From a virus (Duplodnaviria > Caudoviricetes): a DNA stretch of 64,000 nucleotides. Location of the stretch: the IMG/VR virus record IMGVR_UViG_3300021256_000057, positions 64,001-128,000 of that record; one strand, 5' to 3'. Under the pieces are notes generated by a model. That model saw only the letters and a program-made list of their open reading frames with translations, made no database searches and was not told the DNA's origin. The translations under genes and the position numbers were made by a program. Of the stretch, positions 18,727 to 29,696 are shown piece by piece. Position 1 is the first letter of the stretch. Every line of letters begins with the position of its first letter.

Positions 18727-21135
18727 TCACGTTACTACTGTACCTTCAAAGCGATACCAATCACGCCAAACTCCAGAACTTTTAATCCTTGAATATCTAT
18801 ACTGTTGGTATGTGGTGGAAATGGCAACTGCTTCAATTACACAGGTTGTGTTATAAATCTTTACTGTAACCATTGTGTTGGAATTATTTATTGCTGCAGG
18901 TACATCAGTTAGGCTATTATTGTTTGGTATAAGAAATGAATATGTCCCATTGCTAAGAGTATCTACATATGCGGCTAAACTAGAGAAAGCAGTTGTTTTG
19001 AATTGAGACACTTGCATAGAGTTTTCAATGCTTTTTACTTCCTCATACAATCCACTATTACTCGGAGCATAAGGTACATATTCAGAACTAATAGCATAGT
19101 CTTCGGTAGTGCAGATCATGGGCTTGAAGACGAGGTTGTCGGGAATATACCCGGCCCAGATTCTGATGTATACGCTAATGGTAGTGTCTTGGGTGATCGT
19201 AAATGTAAACCCATTACCCAGATCGTATCCGATACCAGCAATTTGAAGTTTGTATGTATTACTATTATTCCCACCTTCAGGACAGCCAGATAGTACATAA
19301 GTCCCCGCTTTGATCGGCATATTTTCAGCGACATATAGATCGGTATTGTTCGTGTTTGCACTCGTGGCGTTTACGACATAAGTGTCGTCATCGTTATGTG
19401 TAAAAGTAAGATTTGTTCGTACTAAATCACCATACGGTGCAGTATTTTTTAGCAAATTCTTTGCCCCATCATTTACTACTTTCTTTGCTAGATTATTTAC
19501 ATCTACACCAGTTTCTGCATTATTAGTATATATTTTTCCATCCCAATCTATCGCAAAAGCATTTGAAGTATCTGACAAACTTGTCCCATTTCCGATAATG
19601 AAAGCTAAATTATCCCCTGATCCAGGTTCATTATACTTCCCTTCTACATGCTGACAATCTCCATATGCAACAGTGCCTCTTCCTTCCGCATGAGAAAAAT
19701 CTCCATTAGTTTGACATTTATATCCCTCTACATGAGAGTAATCTCCTTTTGCTGTATTATATGCGCCTTCCGCATGAGTTCCAGTCCCCTCGGCAACATT
19801 TAGTCCACCTTCTGCATGAGATCCAATTCCTATTGCCGTTGTACCAGAGCCCTCAGCATGTGAATAATCACCAACGGCTATATTTTCAGTTGTCCCTTCA
19901 TACTCATTAAATACTTCTGCACCAGTGCCAGCAGTAATAGTTTCACCATCTATAGTATACTGCTTCCCATCAACAGAAGCTCCGACCAAATTGATTTGAT
20001 CTGTTACCCCTGGATGAGGATCTGTGTCTGAATTGCTGATAGTGCTAGAAAATGTAGTGGATACTTCAAGTTCATTAGAATATGGTGTTTTTGATATTGA
20101 TGTTTTCCAATATTTTTGTAGCATTGCGGCTATTTTTATTTCATTGCTGCTTGTAGTTGATGTTAATGTGATATCATTACCAGCAACGTAAACGTCATTT
20201 TTAGTGTAAAGGCAGATCTTACCATCCTTATACCAATATACAGGATGATTCATGTGCATCTCAATTTGATATGTTGAATATGCATGACCTAGATAAATGT
20301 AGATATTACCATCATCTGTAGTAGGTAGATCCTGGGCAAGTGGTGATGATGCCAATTTTGCGTATCCATCCGATTGTGGGACTGCAACAATATAGACGTC
20401 CTTGTTGCTTGTTAAAGTTTGTCCACAATTAAACGAATACCGTAAATCAAATGCATACTGCTGCCATAACGAAGAAGATGTTTGACTTCCTGCAGATACA
20501 GTGCTAGTTCCAGAATAATATAGTATTTCACCGAATGGATTGAAACTTTCAGTAGTCAATGCTTTTGTTGTTGTGATAGAATTTGAGACCGAGTTCACAG
20601 GAAGCACTTGCGTTGAGGATTTTGATAGCAATAGCATATACCTATATATATTAGCAAATGCTGTATATGTTCCACTGTTATGCCGTAACTGGTATCCGAT
20701 CGAATTTGCATCCGTATTATAGTCTGCGTGTGTCCATCTCGCCGAGGTCGTTGCTGTACCACTGACATTGATCGCACCAGCAGACCAGTATGTGAGAATG
20801 ATCGTTGAGCCAGCAGCATATTGTGTGGTCAATCTTGTCGTTCCAGTTTCATATACATCAATAGCTCCTGTTGTAGTCCCATCAGATAGTGTGAGATTCA
20901 GGGTCGCGTTTGTTCCGGATACCCCCGCATACGGAAGATAATATGCGATCGTCAAACCATCATACAGGCTATCTATATCAATTGCGCCTGAAAACTGTGC
21001 TGTTGCATCCGTCTGTGTACCGATAACAGGATACACAAGTTTATCCGCCATATTACCTATCTTCGTTCTAGCTGTACTATCTTTAATATCATATGTTGAA
21101 TTATTAGGCAATTTAATAGATGAAACATCTGCCAT
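18727..21135 (-). CDS. tail fibre / receptor-binding protein with YadA-head-like SHAEG repeats
   Basis: 14-residue A.GDYSHAEG repeats, IIGNGT...SNA neck motif. Confidence 0.8.
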   Translation of the reverse strand: MADVSSIKLPNNSTYDIKDSTARTKIGNMADKLVYPVIGTQTDATAQFSGAIDIDSLYDGLTIAYYLPYAGVSGTNATLNLTLSDGTTTGAIDVYETGTTRLTTQYAAGSTIILTYWSAGAINVSGTATTSARWTHADYNTDANSIGYQLRHNSGTYTAFANIYRYMLLLSKSSTQVLPVNSVSNSITTTKALTTESFNPFGEILYYSGTSTVSAGSQTSSSLWQQYAFDLRYSFNCGQTLTSNKDVYIVAVPQSDGYAKLASSPLAQDLPTTDDGNIYIYLGHAYSTYQIEMHMNHPVYWYKDGKICLYTKNDVYVAGNDITLTSTTSSNEIKIAAMLQKYWKTSISKTPYSNELEVSTTFSSTISNSDTDPHPGVTDQINLVGASVDGKQYTIDGETITAGTGAEVFNEYEGTTENIAVGDYSHAEGSGTTAIGIGSHAEGGLNVAEGTGTHAEGAYNTAKGDYSHVEGYKCQTNGDFSHAEGRGTVAYGDCQHVEGKYNEPGSGDNLAFIIGNGTSLSDTSNAFAIDWDGKIYTNNAETGVDVNNLAKKVVNDGAKNLLKNTAPYGDLVRTNLTFTHNDDDTYVVNATSANTNNTDLYVAENMPIKAGTYVLSGCPEGGNNSNTYKLQIAGIGYDLGNGFTFTITQDTTISVYIRIWAGYIPDNLVFKPMICTTEDYAISSEYVPYAPSNSGLYEEVKSIENSMQVSQFKTTAFSSLAAYVDTLSNGTYSFLIPNNNSLTDVPAAINNSNTMVTVKIYNTTCVIEAVAISTTYQQYRYSRIKSSGVWRDWYRFEGTVVT

Positions 21136-21205
21136 AATATCACCTCATTCGTTTAGAAGTGTAGGTGAGTGTGTTTGGCACTCACCTACGAAGCGATCAG
21201 TTTTC

Positions 21206-23170
21206 TTAATTCCCCTTAGTTACTTGAACATCAGTTGCGCTAGTCAGTACAGTAACTGCATCCTTGTTATTCCATTGAGTATTTGCGCCGCTTGCGGTAG
21301 CCTTGATGTTTGTCTTAGCAGGAGTAACTGTGATAGTAGATTCTGTGCCGACGACTGTATCAGTAGTAGGAGCAGCATATCCAGTAACAGCGGTAACAGC
21401 GTCCTTACTATTCCAGGTCGTATTAGCTCCACTTGCAGTAGCTTTAACATTAGTAGTAGTTGCACTAACTTCTGTAATAACTGCGACTTTACCAGTGGAT
21501 TCATCGTCTGCCAATGTAGCAGTGATCGTAGGCTGGGTAACAGTAAACGTGGCGCTGTCTCCAATAACGGTATCTGTTGTCGGAGAAGCATATCCAGTAA
21601 CTGCTGCAACATTTTTCTGATCATTCCATGCTACATTCGCACCGCTTGCAGTTCCACCAATGTACTTAGTTGTACCACTTGTATCCGTGGCCACGCTGAT
21701 AACACCCGTCCCAGCAGTAGCTCCTGTTGCAAGGGAAACAGTGGGTTGTGTAATTGTAAATGTAGACGCCGAACCAATAACAGAATCTGTTGTGGGGTCT
21801 CCAAGTCCTGTAAGTGCTGTTGTAGAAGTACCGTTTGTTGCAGAGGTGACAACAGTTGCACCATTTGTATCTGTAGTTGCTACTGCGCCAGTTGCAACTT
21901 GAGTAGCAGATTCCGCAGCAACTGGTACAGTAACATCAGTTGTGGCGCTTACAGAATATGTCGTTTGAGTGTCCATTGTGACAGCACCGATTACAAGTGT
22001 TTCATCGCTTACACTAACACCCTTCAGCCATTCTGTATTAAGATTACTTGCAGTCCCTGTCCCCTTGGAAGTTGTTTGAGATGCACGAGTTACCTTAGAT
22101 GCAGTTGTACTTCCACTTACACCAGTAACTGTAGTAGTGGCCAGTTTTTTTGTAGTTGTGCTAATACTCTTCAAAAAAGTATCGCTTGATGGAGAATATC
22201 CTGTAACAACTGTTTTTTCATCTTTAGATTTCCAAACCGTATTCGCGCCACTGGCAGTCGCCTTTATGTTCGTTTTTGTTGCACTTACTTCTGTAATCAC
22301 ACCGACCTTGCCAGTTGCTGTTGTTGTAGCAAGTGACATCGCAACAGTCGGCTGTGTAACAGAGAACGTAGCATCTTTTCCTACAACATTAGCGGTTGTT
22401 GGTGTGCCCAATCCCGTTAGTGCATTTACTGTATCTTTTGAATTCCAATCCACATTACCATTAGATGCAGTTGCCCCTAAATACTTAGTTGTACCACTTG
22501 CATCTGTGGCGAGGCTTATCACACCAGTGCCAGCAGTTGCACCTGTCTCAAGCGATACAGTTGGCTGTGTGATCTTGAATGTAGAATTTGCGCCGATCGC
22601 GGATTTTGTAGATGGTGTGCCTAGTCCTGTAATTACTGTAACATCATCACCGCTTGCAGATGCACTTGTAATATCAGATACTACACTGACGGATCCAGTT
22701 GAAGAAGTAGATTCAGCGGATAGAGATACGGTAGGCTGCGTGATTGAAAATGTAGCATCTGTGCCAATAGCACTATCTGTTTTCTTATCCAGAGTTACAT
22801 TTGTGACAACATCAGACAAGTCTAGCTTTGTATCTCCAAGTTTCTCCCAGAAATATACTGCTGGGTCCCCGCCCTGTGAAACAGTGACGTATTCATCATA
22901 AATATCTAGTGTCTCGCCGCTTGGTGTGCTAGAAGACTTCACAAGGTAGAACGAACCTACCGTATCCGCAGTAGCTGCAAGAGTTCCAGTATAAACAGTA
23001 TCATTATATGTTACCTTTACCCCGGCTGGGATATCAGCAACTACTGGAGCTGAAGACCCATTCCATGCAATTACAAAACTAACACCGCCAGAGATCATCT
23101 GCCTTGCAACAGCATCCTTAATGTTGTAGGTATTACCACTAGGCAATGTGATCTTTGAAATATCTGCCAT
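21206..23170 (-). CDS. Thr/Ala-rich repetitive fibre protein
   Basis: Several ~55-aa repeats (ATASGAN..WN.KD...TG...PTTD.VIG..ATF.ITQPT); N-terminus shared with 18727..21135. Confidence 0.75.
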   Translation of the reverse strand: MADISKITLPSGNTYNIKDAVARQMISGGVSFVIAWNGSSAPVVADIPAGVKVTYNDTVYTGTLAATADTVGSFYLVKSSSTPSGETLDIYDEYVTVSQGGDPAVYFWEKLGDTKLDLSDVVTNVTLDKKTDSAIGTDATFSITQPTVSLSAESTSSTGSVSVVSDITSASASGDDVTVITGLGTPSTKSAIGANSTFKITQPTVSLETGATAGTGVISLATDASGTTKYLGATASNGNVDWNSKDTVNALTGLGTPTTANVVGKDATFSVTQPTVAMSLATTTATGKVGVITEVSATKTNIKATASGANTVWKSKDEKTVVTGYSPSSDTFLKSISTTTKKLATTTVTGVSGSTTASKVTRASQTTSKGTGTASNLNTEWLKGVSVSDETLVIGAVTMDTQTTYSVSATTDVTVPVAAESATQVATGAVATTDTNGATVVTSATNGTSTTALTGLGDPTTDSVIGSASTFTITQPTVSLATGATAGTGVISVATDTSGTTKYIGGTASGANVAWNDQKNVAAVTGYASPTTDTVIGDSATFTVTQPTITATLADDESTGKVAVITEVSATTTNVKATASGANTTWNSKDAVTAVTGYAAPTTDTVVGTESTITVTPAKTNIKATASGANTQWNNKDAVTVLTSATDVQVTKGN

Positions 23171-23187
23171 AATATCACCTCATGTAG

Positions 23188-23589
23188 TTATTTGAAAAGG
23201 ACAAGATTCTCTGTGTTTTCATCAGAGAGCTTACAACTGATTTTATCATTCCATGCTATTCTTTCTTCCTGCGTGACATGAATAGTATTATCAAGGATAT
23301 GCCTATAATACAGTTCATCTGTAAATGGCATATCTATCAAATACGCTTTCCCATCTCCTATCTTAAACCCAGGGACCGTAAGATCTCCATCTACTAGATG
23401 ATCTGTATATACATAAAAGGTTTTATTCTCAGATATAAGTGATGTCTGTTTATTCCAGTTATCAGTTGTATCAAACAATATGGAGCTGTACTTACTAGAT
23501 AGATAGATTTTCAGTTTTTCATAGAAATATGCCAATCCATCTCTGTCGAGCCACTCTTGATTCTCAGTATTGATAGTGATCACCTCCAA
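23188..23589 (-). CDS. tail-associated hypothetical protein
   Basis: FKIGDGK..L.DMPF motif typical of fibre N-termini. Confidence 0.6.
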   Translation of the reverse strand: MEVITINTENQEWLDRDGLAYFYEKLKIYLSSKYSSILFDTTDNWNKQTSLISENKTFYVYTDHLVDGDLTVPGFKIGDGKAYLIDMPFTDELYYRHILDNTIHVTQEERIAWNDKISCKLSDENTENLVLFK

Positions 23590-23616
23590 ATGATGGATAA
23601 CAGATAGGTTATGGCG

Positions 23617-24144
23617 TCAAGTAAACAGACTATCTATATATGATTTAGGTATCGGCTTGATGATCGGCGTCAAGTTTCCGTTTTTAATATCAGCATCAAA
23701 GTTCTCTGCATCCGTTGGATAGTCAGTACTTGCATCGAAATTCTTTGTTGCCTGATATATCTGACCCTGAGTAAGATATACGATCTGACCAGAGGTGTAT
23801 GTAGCATCTGTAGAATACTTACTTACTCCAGATATACCATCTAGTGAGAAGAGAAATGACCAAGTTTCTCCATTATCATATGACACCTCGACCAATGAAT
23901 CATTTTTTCTCAGTAGAGGCGTTTCTCCGTTCTCACCATTGTAAACTCGAAACGTATCATAAGTTCCATCAGAATAAAGTATTTTATAAGTATCAGTAGC
24001 TCCAGGTAATCCAGATGTCTGACCCTTATCACTTGATAAAAACGTTATTGATACTACTTCACGACCTCCACCACCACCGCCGCCTCCGCCGGATCTAGAA
24101 AGCGCAAGTGCTCTGGCTATAATATCCTTTGCCATTATCGCCAC
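23617..24144 (-). CDS. tail-associated hypothetical protein with poly-Gly linker
   Basis: ORF in fibre module; probable start 24135. Confidence 0.65.
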   Translation of the reverse strand: MAIMAKDIIARALALSRSGGGGGGGGGREVVSITFLSSDKGQTSGLPGATDTYKILYSDGTYDTFRVYNGENGETPLLRKNDSLVEVSYDNGETWSFLFSLDGISGVSKYSTDATYTSGQIVYLTQGQIYQATKNFDASTDYPTDAENFDADIKNGNLTPIIKPIPKSYIDSLFT

Positions 24145-24323
24145 TCCCCCTCACTATCTAGCCAGCGGATATCATGAGACCCATCGATGATAGCCATACT
24201 CCCTTGATCCCACCATGGCTTTGCTTCTGGCAGATCTGCTACAGAGTCAACGTGGATAGTCACTTTGTACTTGTGTATACCATCATCATATCGGCTGTAT
24301 TCAAGATCATCTAATACAAACAC
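24135..24323 (-). CDS. small tail-module protein
   Basis: SD AAGGAG; DSVADLP..GSMA..LDSEGEW. Confidence 0.6.
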   Translation of the reverse strand: MFVLDDLEYSRYDDGIHKYKVTIHVDSVADLPEAKPWWDQGSMAIIDGSHDIRWLDSEGEWR

Positions 24324-24339
24324 GGTTTATCACACTCCT

Positions 24340-26982
24340 TTAGCTATGGATGCAGTACATTACATTTTGAAGAGGCGGATCTAGCGCATCATACTCAGCT
24401 TGTGTCAAAGATACGATAGGCATCAATTGTAGCCCTGTACTATCTGTGTATCTGCCAGATATTCTAGTATTACCGCTAGTATCTACTGCAAGAGCGTTTG
24501 ACCTATTTGACGTGCTAGTGCCATTTCCTATCTGGAATATATCTGTTGCGTTGGGTGAATTGTACTTTCCAAAAACAGTTGAATTAACGCCTTGTGCAGA
24601 TACATGATCACCATGAGCAAATGAACATATTGCATTTGCGGTACTATAGCTACCGCCAGAGAATGAATGATCTCCAATAGCTTTGGTATAAGACCCCTCT
24701 GAATGTGAGTCAGCTCCCGATGCTACCGTGTTATAGCCTTCCGCATGAGACTGAGATCCATTTGCAATAGTTAGCTCACCTTCAGTATGGGAGGAACTTC
24801 CATTCGCTATTGTTTGTCGTCCCTCAGAATGAGAATACTCCCCATGTGCTCCACTTATACGCGCTACACCATCTGAATCTTCCCATGAACCGCCTCTCCC
24901 TTCGGCATGAGCGGCATATCCTGATGATACAGTTAGATATCCCTCAGCATGAGTGTATGTATAAGATGATTGAGTTTGGCCACCCTCTGCATGAGCACCA
25001 TTGCCTGAAGCTGTTGTTTTGTCTCCCTCTGCATGAGAATAATCCGCATCTGCAACTGTTTCAAATCCCTCTGCATGTGCGCAAAACTCATCTGCTATGC
25101 ACAGATTCCCCTCTACATGAGAGCATCTACCAGATGCGGCACTCGTGTATTGTATATCATTTTTTGTATACTGACCACCAGCGCCTTCAGCATGAGCGCA
25201 ATACCCAGATGCAATAGACATATATCCTTCTGCATGTGCGGCTTTTCCATCATCAGAATGCACTCTTGCTTTGGGATCTACACCTGCAACAGTTGAATCT
25301 CCCTCTGCATGAGAGGCATCCCCAATAGCATGTGTTTCATATCCCTCTGCATGAGAGCCATCCCCGAATGTTGTTTTATCTTCATTGATTCCGCCAGCTA
25401 CTGTTCTGCAGCCTTCTGTATGAGAATACTTGCTGTATGCATGAGACGAAATACCCTCAGCATGGGATTCATAACTGCTCGCAATTGTACGATGGCCTTC
25501 AGAATGTGAGTAATCACCAGATGCCGTTGTATAATAACCCTCAGCATGGGATTGTCCACCAGATGCGACACAACCACTGCCCTCTGAATGAGATTCATCT
25601 CCACTAGATTCACTGCTAAGTCCCTCTGCATGCGCCTGATATCCACTAGCAGTTGTGTATGCACCCTCAGCGTGACTGTCTTGGCCAGATGCATTCGTGT
25701 TGGATCCCTCTGCATGTGATCTTTTACCTAGTGCAGTAGTAGAATATCCCTCAGCATGAGAATATTCGCCTATAGATTTGTTCAGCTTGTAATTGTTGAA
25801 CTGTTCTGATCCTATACCGCCTGTGTACTCTGTATCATCAATAACAAATGTCTGCCCCTCAGTATTTCTACCTACACCAGATGCAGAAGCATCATAGAGC
25901 AGCTCCCACTCTTCCTCTTCATTGTAGAAGTAACTAACACCATCAAATATCGCCTTGTACATATCATATACTTCTGCGGTATTAGGAAGATCCTGCTTTA
26001 CATCTACATATCCCTTAAATTTTAGAAATCCCTTGATATCCTCATATTGTACATAGGATGTAAGTTCTTCTTCTAGTTCAAGATGGGTAACATAGTTTCT
26101 GAGATCTTGCGCGTTGCCGATAAGGTCATAGATAGAACCAATCTGCAATTTCCAGATAACTTGTACTACTTGATTGATACCTACTCTAAGTATACTCTCT
26201 TGAACAAGTTTTCTATTAGCAGGATCTGTCATATCCCATTTTTCAGTATCTGTTGGCATCATACGATAACCAGCAAGAAGACCATTTGAAGTAGAGTTAC
26301 GCCAGTCTGGAGTAGCCCATAGACCTGCTTCTGTGATAAAGATATGGTCAGCATCACCGCGGAACTGTGCAAGAGCACCTGTTGAGATCATAGCACTGTA
26401 AACAATGTCGATCGTCTCAGAACGTTCTGAATCTGTCTCTGGTATGATCTGACGATAGCTGATCTTTGACCTAGGGAATGTTGTAGATATCAGTTCGCAC
26501 TTTACAGGAACACCAGCACCTGCATATACAGCACCGAGACCTAGCTGAGATCTGCCATTATTTTCTGATGGGTCATATCCATCTGCACCGTATCCGGGCT
26601 GCTGTTCCTTGTAATCATTATATCTGCGTTCTTCATAACTCTCATCAGGTTCACCATCACGCTGCTCTGTTTCACCGATACCAGTGGGAAGACCATTCTC
26701 ATCTTCATCTTGATTCAGTAGACCCATCGTACCAAGAGAGATATACTTTGGCACATAATCACTCAGCATGGAGCTGGCCTGATTCAATACACCATCGCCC
26801 TTGAGGTAATGTGCGATACCAAGGAGCATCGTATTGGTAGCCTGGTTATGTCCTGTATGCTCCGATACTATCTGCCCTGTTGTTCTATCGATCACTCGGA
26901 ACGATACATTTTGTGTGACACCCATATTTTTTGAGATGTCTGCTATATTCATTGTTTTGGTCAGCTCCTTATGGTATCTCAC
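24340..26982 (-). CDS. tail fibre protein with a long YadA-head-like (SHAEG) repeat region
   Basis: More than 25 SHAEG-type repeats; N-terminal baseplate-attachment-like region (ITEAGLW). Confidence 0.85.
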   Translation of the reverse strand: MRYHKELTKTMNIADISKNMGVTQNVSFRVIDRTTGQIVSEHTGHNQATNTMLLGIAHYLKGDGVLNQASSMLSDYVPKYISLGTMGLLNQDEDENGLPTGIGETEQRDGEPDESYEERRYNDYKEQQPGYGADGYDPSENNGRSQLGLGAVYAGAGVPVKCELISTTFPRSKISYRQIIPETDSERSETIDIVYSAMISTGALAQFRGDADHIFITEAGLWATPDWRNSTSNGLLAGYRMMPTDTEKWDMTDPANRKLVQESILRVGINQVVQVIWKLQIGSIYDLIGNAQDLRNYVTHLELEEELTSYVQYEDIKGFLKFKGYVDVKQDLPNTAEVYDMYKAIFDGVSYFYNEEEEWELLYDASASGVGRNTEGQTFVIDDTEYTGGIGSEQFNNYKLNKSIGEYSHAEGYSTTALGKRSHAEGSNTNASGQDSHAEGAYTTASGYQAHAEGLSSESSGDESHSEGSGCVASGGQSHAEGYYTTASGDYSHSEGHRTIASSYESHAEGISSHAYSKYSHTEGCRTVAGGINEDKTTFGDGSHAEGYETHAIGDASHAEGDSTVAGVDPKARVHSDDGKAAHAEGYMSIASGYCAHAEGAGGQYTKNDIQYTSAASGRCSHVEGNLCIADEFCAHAEGFETVADADYSHAEGDKTTASGNGAHAEGGQTQSSYTYTHAEGYLTVSSGYAAHAEGRGGSWEDSDGVARISGAHGEYSHSEGRQTIANGSSSHTEGELTIANGSQSHAEGYNTVASGADSHSEGSYTKAIGDHSFSGGSYSTANAICSFAHGDHVSAQGVNSTVFGKYNSPNATDIFQIGNGTSTSNRSNALAVDTSGNTRISGRYTDSTGLQLMPIVSLTQAEYDALDPPLQNVMYCIHS

Positions 26983-27445
26983 ATGTCTCAGATTCCTCGT
27001 CGTGAGTTATCTTTGTTAGTGTTCGATATGAATAAAAACCTCTTATTTTTACATCCCATACGTTTTCATATGCTTGTACTACCGGAAGCCAATTTGTATA
27101 TGGCAAGTTATCTAAGATAAATGGCGACCAATTCCAAACAAATCTAACATCATCCATACTGTATTGCGGCACTGAAGCTGTTGTGAAGGGCAATCCATTC
27201 AGTACAGTTTGACTCCACATCCATACGAATCGCATATCCTCATAATTGAATGATGCAGTTGGCTCAGTTACATAGGGCAGTCCGTTAAAAATTGATTCAT
27301 TTGAAGTCCATAAAACCCTTACAGCATCTATACTATATCTATTTGTGGGATATGATGGATATGGAAGCCCATCTAGGACACTGTCATCCTGTGTCCAAGG
27401 ATCACTATACCAGCTCATGGCAAAAACCCTACAGACATTAGCCAC
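26969..27445 (-). CDS. small repeat protein (W..S..VL.GLPY x4)
   Basis: Four ~29-aa repeats; probable start 27418. Confidence 0.65.
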   Translation of the reverse strand: MANVCRVFAMSWYSDPWTQDDSVLDGLPYPSYPTNRYSIDAVRVLWTSNESIFNGLPYVTEPTASFNYEDMRFVWMWSQTVLNGLPFTTASVPQYSMDDVRFVWNWSPFILDNLPYTNWLPVVQAYENVWDVKIRGFYSYRTLTKITHDEESETCEIP

Positions 27446-28272
27446 TCTTTGTCCTTCATTTGTTCCATAGTAGCTACAGTCAGACCAGCCTTGGCATCGA
27501 TCTGACTTGGCGGTGTATCACACACGATAAGGCTACTAACACCAAAAGAAGAGTTACCGCATGATTTAATATGGTCAGCTTTATATTCACAATTCAAAAA
27601 GCCAACATAACTGTATCGCTGGGATGGCAATAATGATATATAACGATCTGCATATACAGAGCAATTATCAAAAATAATAGCACTCCTTGTAATAAGCCAT
27701 GAATTAGGACAGTTGATAGGGTCAACATTGCCGCATATATTGCAGTCTCTGACTACTATTGTACTTCGTAACAGTTGTGCGTAGAAAAGTATAGTAGGAT
27801 TCTGTGAATTGACATACTTTACATCTAGTGCGCAATCTGTAAATTTACAGTGACTCATAAATCCATATTCAACGTTGTTACCACCAACGGAATCGTCAAT
27901 TATGACCGATGCTTTGCAACCGTTCATTACCAGTGTGTCTGATGTAGTTGTTGTTAGAGCATAGCCAGCTCCAGTACGTTTAAGGGCGAAATTTTTGAAA
28001 AACACATTGTTTGCGCTAAACACAGCTACTCTGCTTTGCAGCAGCGTCGCTGCGCGAACCGTCACTCCTGATATGGAATGGTCATTACCTAGCAATGATA
28101 TACAACTAAGGTCTATTGGAGATGTTAGTTCACCATTATAATTAGGATCATCCGCCGCATTGATGTCCTGCGTCAGTGCCACATACGCTCCGCTCGTCCC
28201 GGCCGCTGCGATAAACTCAGTCAGTGTCTCTGGGATTAATGGATCCCCCTGTGAGCCTGTACCTGTCATCAT
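27415..28272 (-). CDS. tail-module protein (G.GT..DP..I / GLUG-like beta-helix)
   Basis: MTGTGSQGDPLIP..Y..LT.DI. Confidence 0.65.
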   Translation of the reverse strand: MMTGTGSQGDPLIPETLTEFIAAAGTSGAYVALTQDINAADDPNYNGELTSPIDLSCISLLGNDHSISGVTVRAATLLQSRVAVFSANNVFFKNFALKRTGAGYALTTTTSDTLVMNGCKASVIIDDSVGGNNVEYGFMSHCKFTDCALDVKYVNSQNPTILFYAQLLRSTIVVRDCNICGNVDPINCPNSWLITRSAIIFDNCSVYADRYISLLPSQRYSYVGFLNCEYKADHIKSCGNSSFGVSSLIVCDTPPSQIDAKAGLTVATMEQMKDKEWLMSVGFLP

Positions 28273-28283
28273 TAAACACCACC

Positions 28284-29633
28284 TTATCCGATAAAAACAT
28301 TTTGATCATCACCAGAGATGAACCTATGTAGGTTTGGATCTGTATACTGATCAGTTGGAATTGGATCAGCTCCTGCATCATCTGGATCATACACATTATC
28401 TGATATATTAGATAACTGCCAATCTGCAAGTAGATCCTGTATCACATCCTGTGAGCCAAAAACAAGATCACCAGTTAGTCTACTATTATTTATGATAGGA
28501 TATCCGATAGTATCAGAAAATCCATAAACCACTTTATTTCTTGGCCTAAACCCAATTCTAGGCATGAGCGCCATATGATGTACAATATCACTCAGTCGAT
28601 ACATTCTAAAGATAGCTACGGAGTTCGTATCCATGAAATACCACAAGCAGTTTCCATTTATATACCTAGTATTGATTCCAGAGTTCGTCAGAACAGTATA
28701 TGGGATCACTGTATTCATGCCGCCCAGGTAGTATCTACCATCATTTGTGATACATGATCCATCTGATACTATGCCTTGGGTATCCATCAAACTATAGTCT
28801 GACGGATTTGATGTATTACAAGACCCTGTAGAAGATACACAATACGCAGTACCGCTTGTAGTCACTCGAATGATAGGTGAAGCGGATGTTGAATATGCTC
28901 CATATGTCTTATCAGGCATTGCGTCAAAAGTTGGATAAAAGTCATACCCAGATATGAAGTAATGTACATCGACATAATATCGTCTATCTGTTGTATAGCC
29001 AGAGAAAACTGCATACCCATTATGCTCCATGGAATAAAGATTCAAATCCAGTTTTAGTATGCTTGTAGCAACACTTACATCTATTGTAAGGTGTACAAAC
29101 CCAGAGATATAATTATACAGAGTTTCTTCGTTTGATATTTCAAGATGAGTTTCAAACCAAAGTCGTGACCCCATAGACTCTTGACTTGCCCCATATCTAC
29201 CGATAACTTTCAATCGAACAGACTGTGTAGGTTTGAATACCACACCAGAGGACTTCACATCTAGGGCATTGAACAAAGACTGCTCATAGTCACTGGACAA
29301 TGGACTTACCCATTCCCCATTTGTGAAATTATACACATTATAATTTGGAGCGGTTTCATCTATTGTTTCAGTATATCTACCACCGTATGTCATCTGAAAC
29401 ACGGTACTGTCTGTAGCATCCTTAAACCCAACTTCTGTAGATGTATTATAATAGGAGGATAGATGCATAGTAGATGGCAATACATCATAAGATACGCCAG
29501 CAAGCCAATAGCAGGATGCAAATGTATTTGTATCGACTGGGATCTCAGATATCGGCTTTGTCAGTTCAGCTCCTACCTCTGGAAGTTCAATTTCGGAGCT
29601 GTACAATTTGTCTACTACCATATGTATCACCAC
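28284..29633 (-). CDS. hypothetical virion protein
   Basis: 449 aa ORF after upstream motif at 29661. Confidence 0.7.
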   Translation of the reverse strand: MVIHMVVDKLYSSEIELPEVGAELTKPISEIPVDTNTFASCYWLAGVSYDVLPSTMHLSSYYNTSTEVGFKDATDSTVFQMTYGGRYTETIDETAPNYNVYNFTNGEWVSPLSSDYEQSLFNALDVKSSGVVFKPTQSVRLKVIGRYGASQESMGSRLWFETHLEISNEETLYNYISGFVHLTIDVSVATSILKLDLNLYSMEHNGYAVFSGYTTDRRYYVDVHYFISGYDFYPTFDAMPDKTYGAYSTSASPIIRVTTSGTAYCVSSTGSCNTSNPSDYSLMDTQGIVSDGSCITNDGRYYLGGMNTVIPYTVLTNSGINTRYINGNCLWYFMDTNSVAIFRMYRLSDIVHHMALMPRIGFRPRNKVVYGFSDTIGYPIINNSRLTGDLVFGSQDVIQDLLADWQLSNISDNVYDPDDAGADPIPTDQYTDPNLHRFISGDDQNVFIG

Positions 29634-29696
29634 CTAAAAAGAAATATCCGCTGTCACAATTATATAAGGTTAAGGTGACAGCGGATACTATTATAA

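Noticed and set aside
21224-22901. Long plus-strand Cys/Ser- and Val-rich ORFs
   Set aside because: Antisense frames of the Thr/Ala-rich repeat fibre gene
24600-25770. 42-bp periodic DNA repeats as a possible non-coding array
   Set aside because: Explained by the 14-aa SHAEG protein repeats
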